Assembly: GCA_038204725.1 (NCBI GenBank)
Contig: JBBRCQ010000006.1
Span: forward strand, 3,638-67,637
Source of the DNA: Bacteroidales bacterium
GTDB taxonomy: Bacteria > Bacteroidota > Bacteroidia > Bacteroidales > JACABE01
Length of the DNA stretch: 64,000 nucleotides
Reading direction: 5' to 3'
The position numbers and the translations under genes are program-made. A model generated the notes under the pieces. It was given only the letters and a program-made list of their open reading frames with translations. It was not told the DNA's origin and did no database searches. Below are positions 1 through 9,945 of the stretch, one piece after another (the stretch's first letter is position 1; each line of letters starts with the position of its first letter).

Positions 1-494
1 TCTTCAAAAATCGCTTTGGGCTCAGGTGCAAAGATAACTTCCACTTTTTCATCCACAACCATCGATAACGGTTTTTCTTCAATTATTGTTTTTTCAACCA
101 TTACAGAATTATCTTCAATAATGGTCTCTTTAATAATCTCATGCTTTTCCTCGATAATAGTTTCTTCAACCATTACATCCTTTGCTTCTTCAATTGTTTT
201 TTCAACAACCACATTGTTCTCATGTACAATTATCAAGGGGTTTTCGGGTGTTTCTTTAATTTCATCAATCACAGCCGGAATTTCTTCAATCCTTTCTTTC
301 ACTTTATCAACGGTCAATATCCTATTCACTCTTTCAAGTTCACAATATTGTTCATAAAGTTTGCGAATGTTGGCTTTGATAATATCCATATCAATCTGGG
401 GGATCTTCCCGGAATAAGAACTGGTTGAATTGTTTTGTTCAACAATTAACTCGAGTTGTCGAGTAATGTTTTCTATGATAATAGCTTTATCCAT
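1..494 (-). CDS. hypothetical protein, N-terminal part (gene runs off the left edge)
   Basis: Absent from the ORF track because it has no stop in the window. ATG at 494-492 (minus) opens MDKAIIIENITRQLELIVEQNNSTSSYSGKIPQIDMDIIKANIRKLYEQYCELERVNRILTVDKVKERIEEIP... The first ~190 nt translate stop-free by hand. The low-complexity + ORF 16..357 is its mirror image. Confidence 0.55.
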   Translation of the reverse strand, partial: MDKAIIIENITRQLELIVEQNNSTSSYSGKIPQIDMDIIKANIRKLYEQYCELERVNRILTVDKVKERIEEIPAVIDEIKETPENPLIIVHENNVVVEKTIEEAKDVMVEETIIEEKHEIIKETIIEDNSVMVEKTIIEEKPLSMVVDEKVEVIFAPEPKAIFE

Positions 495-824
495 AAACTT
501 TTTAAATTTTAAAAGAATTGAAGTAAAACAAATAATAGTAAATATTTTTGCTTTAAAATACTTCGATAAAATTAATCAAAATATTTTTTTAAACGATAGA
601 TTTATAAAATTCTTTTAAACAAAATGAAAAACGATAGTATTTTTTGCCAACAAAATACAAAGACCCTATGAACATTTATATATTTATAATTTTATTTTTA
701 TAGATTTGTTATTCTCTTTAGCTGTATTCACAGTTTGTGCACAATTTTTTTGTGAGTATTGTCAATCAGTTTTATTAAATTAAAAAAAAGATCAGCAAAT
801 TCTCCGTTATCATAATTTATTGTT

Positions 825-832
825 TACTTTTG
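825..832 (+). promoter_or_regulatory. -7 box-like TACTTTTG upstream of the GT2 gene
   Basis: Matches the Bacteroidetes -7 consensus TAnnTTTG, 19 nt before ATG 851. It overlaps the TTG at 830, which argues for the ATG start. Confidence 0.35.
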
Positions 833-850
833 AAATTGAAAATTGAAAAT

Positions 851-1615
851 ATGGTAAAAATTTCTGCTGTCATCATCACTTTTAATGAAGAACATAATAT
901 TGAATGTTGCATTCGTTCGTTACAGGGTATAGCCGATGAAATCATCGTAATAGATTCATTTTCGACGGATGAAACGCCTAAAATTTGTAATTCGTTAGGA
1001 GCAAGATTCTTTCAGATAAAATGGGAAGGATATGCTGCAACCAAGAATTATGGGAACAGTATGGCATCACACAATTATATATTGTCAGTAGATGCTGATG
1101 AGGTTTTGTCAGATGCTCTTCAAAAAGAAATCATTGGTTTTAAAAATCAGGATAATCACCTGGATGCATACAGTGTAAACAGACTCACCAATTATTGCGG
1201 GAGCTGGATCCATCATTGTGGTTGGTATCCCGATACCAAACTGAGGTTGTGGAATAAAATGAAAGGGAAATGGGAAGGGAATATTCATGAAGAAGTTGTA
1301 ATGGATAAAGATTCAACTTTCACCAATTTGAAAAGTGATTTGCTTCATTATTCCTATTATTCAATTCAGCAACATGTAAACCAGGCCAATAAATTTACCG
1401 ATTTAACGGCCATAGAAGCATACAACAATGGTAAAAAAGCAGGAATTGTAAAAATAATTTTCAGCCCATGGATAAAATTTTTCAGGGACTATTTTCTGAA
1501 ACTTGGTTTTTTAGATGGTTATCATGGTTTTGTAATCTGTAAAATTTCTGCATTTGCAACCTTTATGAAATACATTAAAATAAAAGAATTACAGGGAAGA
1601 GGAAAGATAAAGTGA
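851..1615 (+). CDS. family 2 glycosyltransferase (LPS/cell-envelope type)
   Basis: ISAVIITFNEEHNIECCIRSL...IIVIDSFSTDETPKI...SVDADEVLS is the typical GT2 N-terminal fold with a DxD-like DAD motif. Start moved from TTG 830 to ATG 851. Confidence 0.85.
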   Translation: MVKISAVIITFNEEHNIECCIRSLQGIADEIIVIDSFSTDETPKICNSLGARFFQIKWEGYAATKNYGNSMASHNYILSVDADEVLSDALQKEIIGFKNQDNHLDAYSVNRLTNYCGSWIHHCGWYPDTKLRLWNKMKGKWEGNIHEEVVMDKDSTFTNLKSDLLHYSYYSIQQHVNQANKFTDLTAIEAYNNGKKAGIVKIIFSPWIKFFRDYFLKLGFLDGYHGFVICKISAFATFMKYIKIKELQGRGKIK

Positions 1616-1646
1616 ATAGTGAATAGTGAACAGTGAACAGTGAACA
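1612..1646 (+). repeat. heptamer tandem array (GTGAATA)2(GTGAACA)3 containing the GT2 stop codon
   Basis: Five tandem 7-nt units read directly. TGA 1613-1615 lies in the first unit. Followed 12 nt later by GGGCGTAGCCCT (1660-1671). Confidence 0.9.
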
Positions 1647-2209
1647 GATTACATCCATGGGGCGTAGCCCTGACATCTTAATATGGTAGGAATTCCCGAC
1701 CGGAGCTATGCACCCAACTTGTTAAATAAACATGTTCATTAATAACCAATGCCAATCAAGGTTTGAAAACTGTCATTTTTTACAATGTTAGATTCCTCAC
1801 TTCGTTCGGAATCCTTTTATTCTATAGAAGGTCTCATTGTTAATGTGTTTGACAAATTGCATCACTTACTTATTTAATTTTCAACTCTTGATTCGCATAA
1901 CCAATTTTCTGTTATTGGTTCTGATAACATTTAACCTTCGTATGGCTTTGGATTTATTAGTTTTATTAAATATCTTGATGTTTTAAAATTAGTTTATATT
2001 TGTAAATTATTAAATAGCTCAACGGATAAGCTATAAAGGATAATACCGGTTATGGTTTAAACGTTAATATTTGTAAGGCTTTGGTAAATTCTATACATAT
2101 TGAGAGGATAGATGTGTTTGACGAAAAAAAATGACATTTATTGATTGTGATCCTAAAAAAACATCACGATAGAATGAATGTTTATCGATAAAAAGTATTA
2201 ATAAGGAAG

Positions 2210-2776
2210 ATGAAAATACGAGATAGTGGAATGCCAGAAGATACAATATGGTCTAAGTTTTTTGACCCTGATTCCATTTTGCAACAAATGGGTTTTTCGG
2301 CGGATATAAATTTAGTTGTAGATTTAGGTTGTGGTTTCGGTACTTTCTCTATTCCCGCATCACAAATGATTAAAGGAAAAGTTCATGCTTTCGATATTGA
2401 CCCCTATATGATTGGTCAATTACAAAGCAAGATTGACCAACAAAATATAAAAAATATCGAACTGCATTTAACAGATTTTATTACCGAAGGTTCTGGACTT
2501 CCTAATAATTCAGTTGATTATATTATGCTTTTTAATATATTGCATCACGATAATCCTCACCAAATTTTAAACGAGGTGCATAGAATTTTAAAAACAAATG
2601 CAAAAGCAGGTATTATTCATTGGCGTAGCGATATTCAAACTCCACGAGGACCAAATTTGGACTTTCGTCCCCAACCCAAACAGTGCAAGCAGTGGGCGAT
2701 TGAATCAGGTTTTCAAGTAGAATCAGAAATAATATTAAAACCCTATCATTTTGGAATGATAATCACTAAAATTTAA
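2210..2776 (+). CDS. class I SAM-dependent methyltransferase
   Basis: Motif I VVDLGCGFGTFS, then FDIDP and DYIMLFNILHH, as in Methyltransf_11/25-type proteins. Confidence 0.8.
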   Translation: MKIRDSGMPEDTIWSKFFDPDSILQQMGFSADINLVVDLGCGFGTFSIPASQMIKGKVHAFDIDPYMIGQLQSKIDQQNIKNIELHLTDFITEGSGLPNNSVDYIMLFNILHHDNPHQILNEVHRILKTNAKAGIIHWRSDIQTPRGPNLDFRPQPKQCKQWAIESGFQVESEIILKPYHFGMIITKI

Positions 2777-2780
2777 ATGA

Positions 2781-3101
2781 ATGAAAATCGGAATTATTCT
2801 TGAAACAAAAGAATTTGAAAAAGCTTGGAATGCTTTTCGATTCGCAGTAACTGCTAAAAAACAAGGACACGAGGTAAAGCTTTTTCTTATGGGTGAAGCC
2901 GTAGAATGTGAAGGATTGACCCATGAAAAATACAATGTAGATGAACAATTAAAAGCATTTGTGAATGTTGGCGGTGAAATACTTGCTTGTGGAACTTGTT
3001 TAAAATCAAGACAATTGAGCGAAACGGATGCTTGTCCAATCTCTACAATGATCGATTGCGTAAACTTGGTCGTATGGGCTGATAAAACAGTAACCTTTTA
3101 A
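2781..3101 (+). CDS. DsrE/DsrF-like sulfur-relay family protein
   Basis: 106 aa. MKIGIIL...KQGHEVKLFLMGEAVE...ILACGTCLKSR is the typical small DsrE-fold pattern with the conserved Cys region. 4 nt after the methyltransferase stop. Confidence 0.65.
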   Translation: MKIGIILETKEFEKAWNAFRFAVTAKKQGHEVKLFLMGEAVECEGLTHEKYNVDEQLKAFVNVGGEILACGTCLKSRQLSETDACPISTMIDCVNLVVWADKTVTF

Positions 3102-3103
3102 TA

Positions 3104-3230
3104 TACAGTAGCTCAGTAACAGTACTTCATAAGAAATTGTAGCTCTGGACTGAGCAAAAAGCTCAATAACTCAATAACCAATAACCATTAACCAATAACA
3201 ATAACCATTAACCATTAACCATTAACCAAC
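3104..3230 (+). repeat. composite intergenic repeat: hairpin module plus AATAACC/ATTAACC word array
   Basis: 3134-3170 is the reverse complement of the module GAGCTTTTGCTCAGTCC(C/A)GAGCTA(C/T)AATTT, also present at about 51752-51788 and 51906-51942. 3163-3230 is a run of CAATAAC/CCATTAA words ending 20 nt before ATG 3250. Confidence 0.85.
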
Positions 3231-3249
3231 TACCCTCAATTAACATTTA

Positions 3250-4266
3250 ATGAATACGCATCGAATCATCATCAGCAGAACAGATAGCATCGGAGATGTG
3301 ATACTTACCTTGCCTTTGGCTGGGATCATAAAAAAATACCTGCCAGAAACCTACATTCTTTTTTTAGGGAGTGCTTATACCAAAGATGTTATTGATACCT
3401 GTGTGCATGTCGATGAATTTGTGGATTGGACTGCACTCAGCAAACTTCCCGAAAACGAAGCAAATGCTGCTTTTCGATCATTGAATGCAACTACCATTCT
3501 TCATGTTTTTCCGCGCAAAGCTATTGCTGTGCTGGCAAAAAAAGCTAAAATTCAAAATAGAATAGGCACCACCAACAGAGTTTATCATTGGCTCAATTGC
3601 AATGAACTCATAAAATTATCACGCAAAAACTCCGATTTACACGAATCGCAATTAAACACAAAACTTTTACAACCTTTAGGAATTAATATTGATTTCAGCC
3701 TACAAGAAATTGAATCCTTTTATGGCTTTGAAAAGACGAAGCTTTTACCCGAAAAATACCGGGTTTTGCTGGATGATAAAAAATTCAATCTTATTTTGCA
3801 TCCTAAATCAAAAGGCAGTGCCAGAGAGTGGGGGCTGGATAATTTCGCCGGATTAATTGACATTCTCCCTGAAAGCCACTACAAGATTTTTATTTCTGGA
3901 ACAACAGCAGAAGCCGCATTGATGCAAGCTGAAATTCTTGATAAGTATGCTACAATAACTGATATAACCGGCAAATTAACACTAGCTGAGTTTATAGCAT
4001 TTATAGGACAAGCCGATGGATTGTTGGCCGCCAGTACTGGACCTTTGCATATTGCCGCAGCACTGGGCAAAGTTGCATTGGGGATTTATCCACCGATTAA
4101 ACCGATGCATCCGGGGCGTTGGAAAGCTGTCGGGAAACAGTCGCATTGTTTTGTTAAAGAAAAAGCGTGTAATGATTGCCGGAAAACCATGGATTGTCAT
4201 TGTATGAAAAGCATTACACCAGAAGAAATTATGGAATATTTAGAGAAAAATTGCAGTAAAATTTAA
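3250..4266 (+). CDS. family 9 glycosyltransferase (LPS heptosyltransferase-like)
   Basis: N-terminal IIISRTDSIGDVILTLPL and C-terminal GPLHIAAALG motifs typical of RfaF/RfaC-type GT9 enzymes. Confidence 0.8.
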   Translation: MNTHRIIISRTDSIGDVILTLPLAGIIKKYLPETYILFLGSAYTKDVIDTCVHVDEFVDWTALSKLPENEANAAFRSLNATTILHVFPRKAIAVLAKKAKIQNRIGTTNRVYHWLNCNELIKLSRKNSDLHESQLNTKLLQPLGINIDFSLQEIESFYGFEKTKLLPEKYRVLLDDKKFNLILHPKSKGSAREWGLDNFAGLIDILPESHYKIFISGTTAEAALMQAEILDKYATITDITGKLTLAEFIAFIGQADGLLAASTGPLHIAAALGKVALGIYPPIKPMHPGRWKAVGKQSHCFVKEKACNDCRKTMDCHCMKSITPEEIMEYLEKNCSKI

Positions 4267-4271
4267 AAAAG

Positions 4272-5306
4272 ATGAATACTATAATGCAGAAATATAGTTT
4301 TAGAAACGATTACAGCGAAGGCATGCATCCATTCATGATTGAAGCACTTTCGGTAACAAATTACGAGCAACAGCAAGGTTATAGCGAAGACAGCTATTGT
4401 GAAAAAGCCAGAACAGCTATCAAAAGAAAAATCAACTATGAAAATGTGGATATTCATTTTGTCTCCGGCGGAACGCAAGCCAATACCATCGTAATAACTT
4501 CTGCCTTAAGATCATTTGAAGGGGTTATTGCTGCGACATCCGGTCATATTAATGTACATGAAACCGGAGCTATAGAGGCAACTGGACATAAAATTATTCT
4601 TGTTCCATCCAGAGATGGAAAGGTAAAACCTGAAAATGTTCTGGAAGAGGTAAACAGAGCAGAAGACCATCACATGGTAAGACCTGGAATGGTTTATATA
4701 TCCAACTCTACTGAAGTTGGGACCATTTATACAAAAAAGGAACTAACTGAATTATCAATAGTATGTAAAGACTATGGTTTGTATTTATATCTGGATGGCG
4801 CAAGGCTAGGCTCAGCTTTGTGTTCGGAAGACAATGACCTCACATTGGCTGATTTGGCAGTACTTTGTGACGTTTTTTATATTGGCGGCACCAAGAACGG
4901 TGCCATGATGGGAGAGGCAATTGTAATTGTAAATGATAACCTTAAAAAAGACTTCAACTATCATCTGAAACAAAGAGGTGCTTTACTTTCAAAAGGAAGA
5001 CTGATGGGTATTCAGTTTCTGGAATTATTTAAAGAAAACCTGTTCTTTGAACTTGCCACACATGCCAACAAAATGTCGAAAAAGATAGCAGATGCCATCA
5101 AAGTAAAAGGCTTTTCGTTTCTGACTTCGCCACAATCCAATCAGATTTTTCCCATATTACCCGATGTATTGATTACCCAATTATTGGGAAATTACGAATT
5201 TTATGTTTGGCAAAAAATGGAAAATAATCATTCAGCAGTGCGGATTGTATGTTCATGGGCTACATCTGAAAGTAAGGTGGATGCATTTATAGAGGCTATC
5301 ACTTGA
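4272..5306 (+). CDS. ltaE: low-specificity threonine aldolase family PLP enzyme
   Basis: FRNDYSEG.HP...GGTQAN...GGTKNGAMMGEA (PLP lysine context). About 340 aa, beta-eliminating lyase/threonine aldolase pattern. Confidence 0.75.
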   Translation: MNTIMQKYSFRNDYSEGMHPFMIEALSVTNYEQQQGYSEDSYCEKARTAIKRKINYENVDIHFVSGGTQANTIVITSALRSFEGVIAATSGHINVHETGAIEATGHKIILVPSRDGKVKPENVLEEVNRAEDHHMVRPGMVYISNSTEVGTIYTKKELTELSIVCKDYGLYLYLDGARLGSALCSEDNDLTLADLAVLCDVFYIGGTKNGAMMGEAIVIVNDNLKKDFNYHLKQRGALLSKGRLMGIQFLELFKENLFFELATHANKMSKKIADAIKVKGFSFLTSPQSNQIFPILPDVLITQLLGNYEFYVWQKMENNHSAVRIVCSWATSESKVDAFIEAIT

Positions 5307-5430
5307 AAAAATAAGTGACAGCTTTACTCGATGTGAGGTTGTCGCTTTGATATAAGTGAGGCTATCACTGTGGGAAAATCCGTAAAAAATATTTAATCAA
5401 ATATATAGCACTTGTTTGAAATAATTTTCG

Positions 5431-5438
5431 TAATTTTG
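5431..5438 (+). promoter_or_regulatory. -7 box TAATTTTG upstream of rpsF operon
   Basis: Perfect TAnnTTTG, 46 nt before rpsF ATG. No well-spaced -33 TTTG seen. Confidence 0.35.
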
Positions 5439-5483
5439 CACTCCATTTTTAAAATCAATTTATTAATTAAAAATTAAAACACA

Positions 5484-5858
5484 ATGTTAAACAATTATGA
5501 AACAGTTTTCATTATGACTCCCGTTTTGTCTGATGAACAGATGAAGGAAACTGTAAAAAAATTCCAGGCTTTTTTGAAAGAAAAAGCATCTGAGATTGTT
5601 TATGAAAACAATTGGGGATTAAAAAAATTGGCTTACCCTATTCAAAAAAAGTCAACAGGATTTTATTATCTTATTGAATTTAAAGCCGAAGGTGATATTG
5701 TAGCCGAATTAGAAACTGTATACAAACGTGACGAGCGTTTATTGAGATTTTTAACCGTAAAACTCGACAAACACGCTATAGCTTATAGCGAAAAAAGACG
5801 CAACCTCAATGCTGATAAAAAAGCAGAAGTTAAAGTAGAAAATACAGAATCAAATTAA
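5484..5858 (+). CDS. rpsF: 30S ribosomal protein S6
   Basis: [15 protein letters not shown]...[10 protein letters not shown] signature. Canonical rpsF-rpsR-rplI order. Confidence 0.95.
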   Translation: MLNNYETVFIMTPVLSDEQMKETVKKFQAFLKEKASEIVYENNWGLKKLAYPIQKKSTGFYYLIEFKAEGDIVAELETVYKRDERLLRFLTVKLDKHAIAYSEKRRNLNADKKAEVKVENTESN

Positions 5859-5888
5859 TTAAAAATTTAATTTAAAAAATTCAAAACA

Positions 5889-6158
5889 ATGGCAGACAAT
5901 AGTTCAGAAATCAAATATTTAACCCCGATTGCGGTTGAAACCAAAAAGAAAAAGTATTGCCGTTTCAAAAAAAGCGGAATCAAATACATTGATTACAAAG
6001 ATGCAGATTTCTTATTGAAATTTATCAACGAACAGGGTAAAATTCTTCCAAGAAGATTAACCGGTACTTCTAATAAATATCAGAAAAAAGTATCACAAGC
6101 GGTTAAAAGAGCAAGACATCTTGCATTATTACCTTACGTAGCAGATTTATTAAAATAA
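5889..6158 (+). CDS. rpsR: 30S ribosomal protein S18
   Basis: KKYCRF...IDYKD...[17 protein letters not shown]...[21 protein letters not shown]. Confidence 0.95.
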   Translation: MADNSSEIKYLTPIAVETKKKKYCRFKKSGIKYIDYKDADFLLKFINEQGKILPRRLTGTSNKYQKKVSQAVKRARHLALLPYVADLLK

Positions 6159-6171
6159 GGAGGGAAACACA

Positions 6172-6621
6172 ATGGAAGTAATTTTAAAACAAGATGTAGA
6201 AAACTTAGGTTATAAAGATGACCAGGTTAAAGTAAAAGACGGATATGCTCGTAATTTTCTTATCCCTCAGGACATTGCCGTTATGGCAACAGCTACCAAT
6301 AAAAAAATTCACGCTGAAAATTTAAAACAACGTGCGTTTAAATTGGAAAAAATCAAAACTGAAGCTGAAACCCTTTGTAAAGCACTCGAAAATGTAGTGG
6401 TTAAAATTGGTGCAAAAGCAGGTGAAACCGGTAAAATTTACGGTTCTGTAAATTCAATCCAAATTGCTGAAGCATTAAAATCACAATTCAATTACGAAAT
6501 TGATCGTAAAAAAATTCATATCGAAGGCGAAACAATCAAAGAATTAGGTACTTACAAAGCAAAAATTAATCTACACAAAGAAATCAAAGCTGAAATCAGT
6601 TTTGAAGTAATTGCTGAATAG
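6172..6621 (+). CDS. rplI: 50S ribosomal protein L9
   Basis: MEVILKQDVENLGYKDDQVKVKDGYARNFLIPQ N-terminal L9 signature. Confidence 0.95.
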   Translation: MEVILKQDVENLGYKDDQVKVKDGYARNFLIPQDIAVMATATNKKIHAENLKQRAFKLEKIKTEAETLCKALENVVVKIGAKAGETGKIYGSVNSIQIAEALKSQFNYEIDRKKIHIEGETIKELGTYKAKINLHKEIKAEISFEVIAE

Positions 6622-6642
6622 TTAGTTTTTAAATATATTTTC

Positions 6643-6676
6643 AAAAAAACCCGGTTTTATGACCGGGTTTTTTTAT
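6643..6676 (+). terminator. rho-independent terminator after rplI
   Basis: AAAAAAACCCGGT-TTTATG-ACCGGGTTTTTTT. It overlaps the track start 6659 of the next ORF, so that start is rejected. Confidence 0.85.
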
Positions 6677-6685
6677 TTTTGCACT

Positions 6686-7447
6686 ATGCTATCCAAAAAT
6701 ACCATCAAACATATCCATTCGCTGAAAATAAAGAAATTCAGAGATGAATTCTATGAATTTATTGCTGAAGGCGATAAACTCGTAAGCGAATTGCTGGAAA
6801 GTAATTTCGAAATTATTGAAATATTTGCCGTTAAAGAATGGTTAGCTTCTCATAAAATAGATGATAACATTGCTATTACCGAAGTTACAGTTTCTGAACT
6901 CGAAAGAATCAGCAACCTTACCACTCCAAACATGGTAGTGGCTTTGGTTGAAATTCCTCAATCGCATGCTATTGCAGCAGCTGACTTTGAGAAGTTAATA
7001 CTTGTATTAGACGAAATTAAAGATCCCGGCAATTTAGGTACCATTATAAGGATAGCTGATTGGTTTGGGATTTCTACCATTGTTTGTTCTGAAAATACAG
7101 TGGATGTCTACAATCCAAAGGTTGTACAGGCCACCATGGGCTCCATCGCGAGAGTTAATGTGCAATATACCGACTTAACCGTTTTTTTTAAAAATATACC
7201 CAAAAATCTTCCGGTTTACGGTACTTTGCTGAATGGAGAAAATATCTATACCCAGCCCTTAAGTAAAAATGGAATCATCATTATCGGTAACGAATCCAAA
7301 GGTATTTCCGAAGCATTTATGCCTGCAATAACACAAAAGCTGTATATCCCATCCTTTGCCGAAAACCCCGGAAACAAGGCGGAATCCTTGAATGCATCTG
7401 TGGCAACAGCTATTGTTTGTGCTGAATTTATGAGGAGAACACTATAA
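6686..7447 (+). CDS. TrmH/SpoU-family RNA 2'-O-methyltransferase
   Basis: LDEIKDPGNLGTIIRIADWFG, IIIGNESKGIS and ESLNASVATAI motifs. Start set to ATG 6686, after the terminator. Confidence 0.85.
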   Translation: MLSKNTIKHIHSLKIKKFRDEFYEFIAEGDKLVSELLESNFEIIEIFAVKEWLASHKIDDNIAITEVTVSELERISNLTTPNMVVALVEIPQSHAIAAADFEKLILVLDEIKDPGNLGTIIRIADWFGISTIVCSENTVDVYNPKVVQATMGSIARVNVQYTDLTVFFKNIPKNLPVYGTLLNGENIYTQPLSKNGIIIIGNESKGISEAFMPAITQKLYIPSFAENPGNKAESLNASVATAIVCAEFMRRTL

Positions 7448-7709
7448 TCTCTGAATTTTTAAATGCGGGTGTAAATTTAATGATATGGCTTTTAGAAGAT
7501 TTGACTATTGAAGTTTATTCTCGGGATTTACCATAGCCTATTTTTTACGATAATCCTGCTCTAAATGCTTTTGTTTGGTTGCTTCAAATTGTTTAAAGTA
7601 TTCAAAAATAAGCATAATTTTATTTCTTGTTTCTTTTGCATCTTTTCTAAATAGTATATAGTCCAAAATCCCATTGCTTGTATTCCAGGATAGAGTTTAG
7701 TAGATAAGA

Positions 7710-8483
7710 CTATGGGTTAGGTTGCCGGTGTATTTTTTTTAAGTCCTGACCGCTTCGTTCTGAAAACATTCGTATAGATGTGTAAATAATAAGAGTGCAA
7801 AGCATTGTAAAAAGAATGAATGATGAACCTTGAGTCCCAAAGCCAAGTCCTCCTTTTTCAGTTGACTTTGTCAAAAGATCGCCAAAAGTTGCACCAAAAG
7901 GTCGTGTCAAAACAAAGGCAACCCAAAATAAGAGTATTGGAGAAAGTTTTGTGAAGTAATGAGCCAATACAACCACAACCAAAACACTAGCAATTAAAAT
8001 GGCTCCACCAGCAAATCCAAGTCCTGAATTATCTGCCAGGTAATCGCCTAATGCTGTGCCAAGCGTATTGGAAAATAAAATTGCAGTCCAATAAAAAAGT
8101 TCTCCTCGTCTTGTCGTGATGTTTGTAACGGATAATGATTTTTCACTTAATCGCCAAATAAATAGCGTTAAGCAAAGGATGGCAACAAGAATTAAACTTC
8201 CTGTTGCGTAACCCAAACCAAGTGTCCTGTCCATAAAGTCAGACATTGTTGTTCCTGCTGTGCTTGTCGAAAGAATGACAAGCCAATAGATTACCGGAAT
8301 GTATTTCTTGGAAAAAAGCTGTGCTGCAAGTGTAACAAAAAAAACGCTTAACAATAGAATTGAACTAACGGCATAACCCACATTCATTGTCATTGAAATC
8401 AAGTCACCAGCTGTTTCGCCTAGTGTGGTCGCACAAATTTTCATGATCCAAAACAGTGCTATGATTTCAGGTATTTTTTTCAT
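7710..8483 (-). CDS. multi-pass membrane protein (COG4705-like repeat membrane protein)
   Basis: Repeated TM pairs with the recurring motif GET/GTA.GD(L/Y) (ATTLGETAGDL, TLGTALGDYL, FGATFGDLL). Start set to MKKIPE (8483), because 8508-8538 is the upstream gene's terminator hairpin. Confidence 0.6.
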   Translation of the reverse strand: MKKIPEIIALFWIMKICATTLGETAGDLISMTMNVGYAVSSILLLSVFFVTLAAQLFSKKYIPVIYWLVILSTSTAGTTMSDFMDRTLGLGYATGSLILVAILCLTLFIWRLSEKSLSVTNITTRRGELFYWTAILFSNTLGTALGDYLADNSGLGFAGGAILIASVLVVVVLAHYFTKLSPILLFWVAFVLTRPFGATFGDLLTKSTEKGGLGFGTQGSSFILFTMLCTLIIYTSIRMFSERSGQDLKKIHRQPNP

Positions 8484-8507
8484 AATTGATTTCCGAATTG
8501 ATAATAA

Positions 8508-8538
8508 ATGCCGCATCCCGAATTTAGAGATGCGGCAT
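8508..8538 (-). terminator. hairpin downstream of the PepSY-like gene
   Basis: ATGCCGCATC / GATGCGGCAT 10-bp stem. The T-run on the minus strand is weak (TTATTAT). Confidence 0.45.
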
Positions 8539-8545
8539 TTGATTT

Positions 8546-9025
8546 TTAATCTTCCTTCTCTTTTTCTTCAAGTTTTGTTTTACTCAAAACTTTGCCATCA
8601 GATGTAAAAAGGACATCAAAGCTTTCTTCTCCTTTTTCAATTTCGGCTTCATAACATTTGCCGTGTTTCACACTTTCAATTTTACTGGCTTCATTGATTT
8701 TGAATCCTACAAAATCTTTTTTGAGTGTTGATTGAATTGCAACTGGTAAAGCAGTAGTTTTTAATTCAGTTTCAGTTTCTAACCATTTTCCTGAATTGTC
8801 AAAGTTGGCTGAGGTTTCAATGCCATTCAATTTGAAGTTGGCTTCAAACTCTGTTTTGCTTTCCATTTCCCAAGTTGCTTTTGTAACTGTTGGGAACTTG
8901 GTTTTAAACGCTGAGGTAACGGCAGCAGGAACTTTATCGGTTGATATTTTTTGAGCATTTGCCACATTGCTCATGATAGCTGCAGTTAGCAGCACAAAAA
9001 TTATTTTTTTCATTTTTGAATTCAT
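8546..9025 (-). CDS. secreted PepSY-like (DUF2874-type) protein
   Basis: Signal peptide, then two repeats of the pattern VP..V...F...FP......W........YE/FEA... typical of PepSY-like beta-lactamase-inhibitor-like proteins. Confidence 0.65.
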   Translation of the reverse strand: MNSKMKKIIFVLLTAAIMSNVANAQKISTDKVPAAVTSAFKTKFPTVTKATWEMESKTEFEANFKLNGIETSANFDNSGKWLETETELKTTALPVAIQSTLKKDFVGFKINEASKIESVKHGKCYEAEIEKGEESFDVLFTSDGKVLSKTKLEEKEKED

Positions 9026-9109
9026 TTAATTGTTTACAATAAAATTTTGGTCAAGCCCAAAGAACTTGATAATTAAAAAGCGAAAACTTGTCTGTTTACA
9101 GACAACCAT

Positions 9110-9502
9110 TTAAACGATTGGAGGACGAAAAACAAAAGGGATGAAGTTTGAAAAACATAAACTGTCTATGTATAATCGGAAGTCGGTAATATGGGACAAT
9201 GGTTTTGTAAATGAAAGCTGTAATTGCTGTGTGATGAATACAATCTGTGCAAATGTGTGATGAAACTGAATAGGAGAATGTGGTTTTTGTTCATCTCCGT
9301 TGTCATGTTTGTCAAATATGCCGTCAATGTTTATGAGATGGTCTGTGATGAAATCAAAAGCTGTCATATCTTTGTCCTCTGTCGTCTTGCAATGCTGATA
9401 CATAGAAGGCAAGTCAGCAATTGCCGAAAAGTCTCCTTGCGGTAAGCAACATATTCCGAAGAGGTAATACGTCAAAAATAATAGGGATGCCAGTTGTTTC
9501 AA
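9110..9502 (-). CDS. hypothetical small His/Cys-containing protein with N-terminal hydrophobic segment
   Basis: ORF only. LPQGDFSAIADLPSMYQHC...DHL...KHDNGDEQKPHSPIQFHH. No family recognised with confidence. Confidence 0.45.
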   Translation of the reverse strand: MKQLASLLFLTYYLFGICCLPQGDFSAIADLPSMYQHCKTTEDKDMTAFDFITDHLINIDGIFDKHDNGDEQKPHSPIQFHHTFAQIVFITQQLQLSFTKPLSHITDFRLYIDSLCFSNFIPFVFRPPIV

Positions 9503-9945
9503 TTTTTTTTAAATAATGTTGATTAAAGATTTTAGTACTGTCGGTTGATGGTTGCATTATTAACCATAAAGGAAACTAAGTTGTTACAATACAATAAAAT
9601 TCTACAATGCACACCATATTTGAATGACTATAAAATTCAATATTTAAACAACAAATATAAACAAAAAACATCTAACAAGGTAAAAATTTTTTCATGGATA
9701 GAAAACGAGCATCCCTAAAACGGTGCTGTTTATTCCAGCATTAAAGTATTAAACCGAAATCCCATTGCATGTGAGGCCGGATGGGGTTTTTTGTGTTGAA
9801 ATTTCAGTGATAAATTTACCACCGGTGCTCTGTCCACTGAACCTTTAGTAGCTCGGCTACTGAGCCTGTCGAAGTGTTGAAGCCAGGTCACTGAATAAAT
9901 CATAAGTGGTTTGTTCTATGAGGTTATCTTCTGAGTATTCGTAGG

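Noticed and set aside
16-357. 113-aa + strand ORF rich in S/T/I/F.
   Set aside because: Low-complexity mirror of the better minus-strand gene (1..494), which has a clean ATG and a normal acidic/hydrophobic composition.
9757-9792. A + strand hairpin with a T-run (AAATCCCAT-N15-ATGGGGTTTTTT) in the 440-bp gap between two minus-strand genes.
   Set aside because: No + strand promoter or gene precedes it, and the only ORF I could translate upstream is 26 aa. It is probably a relic or a fortuitous structure.
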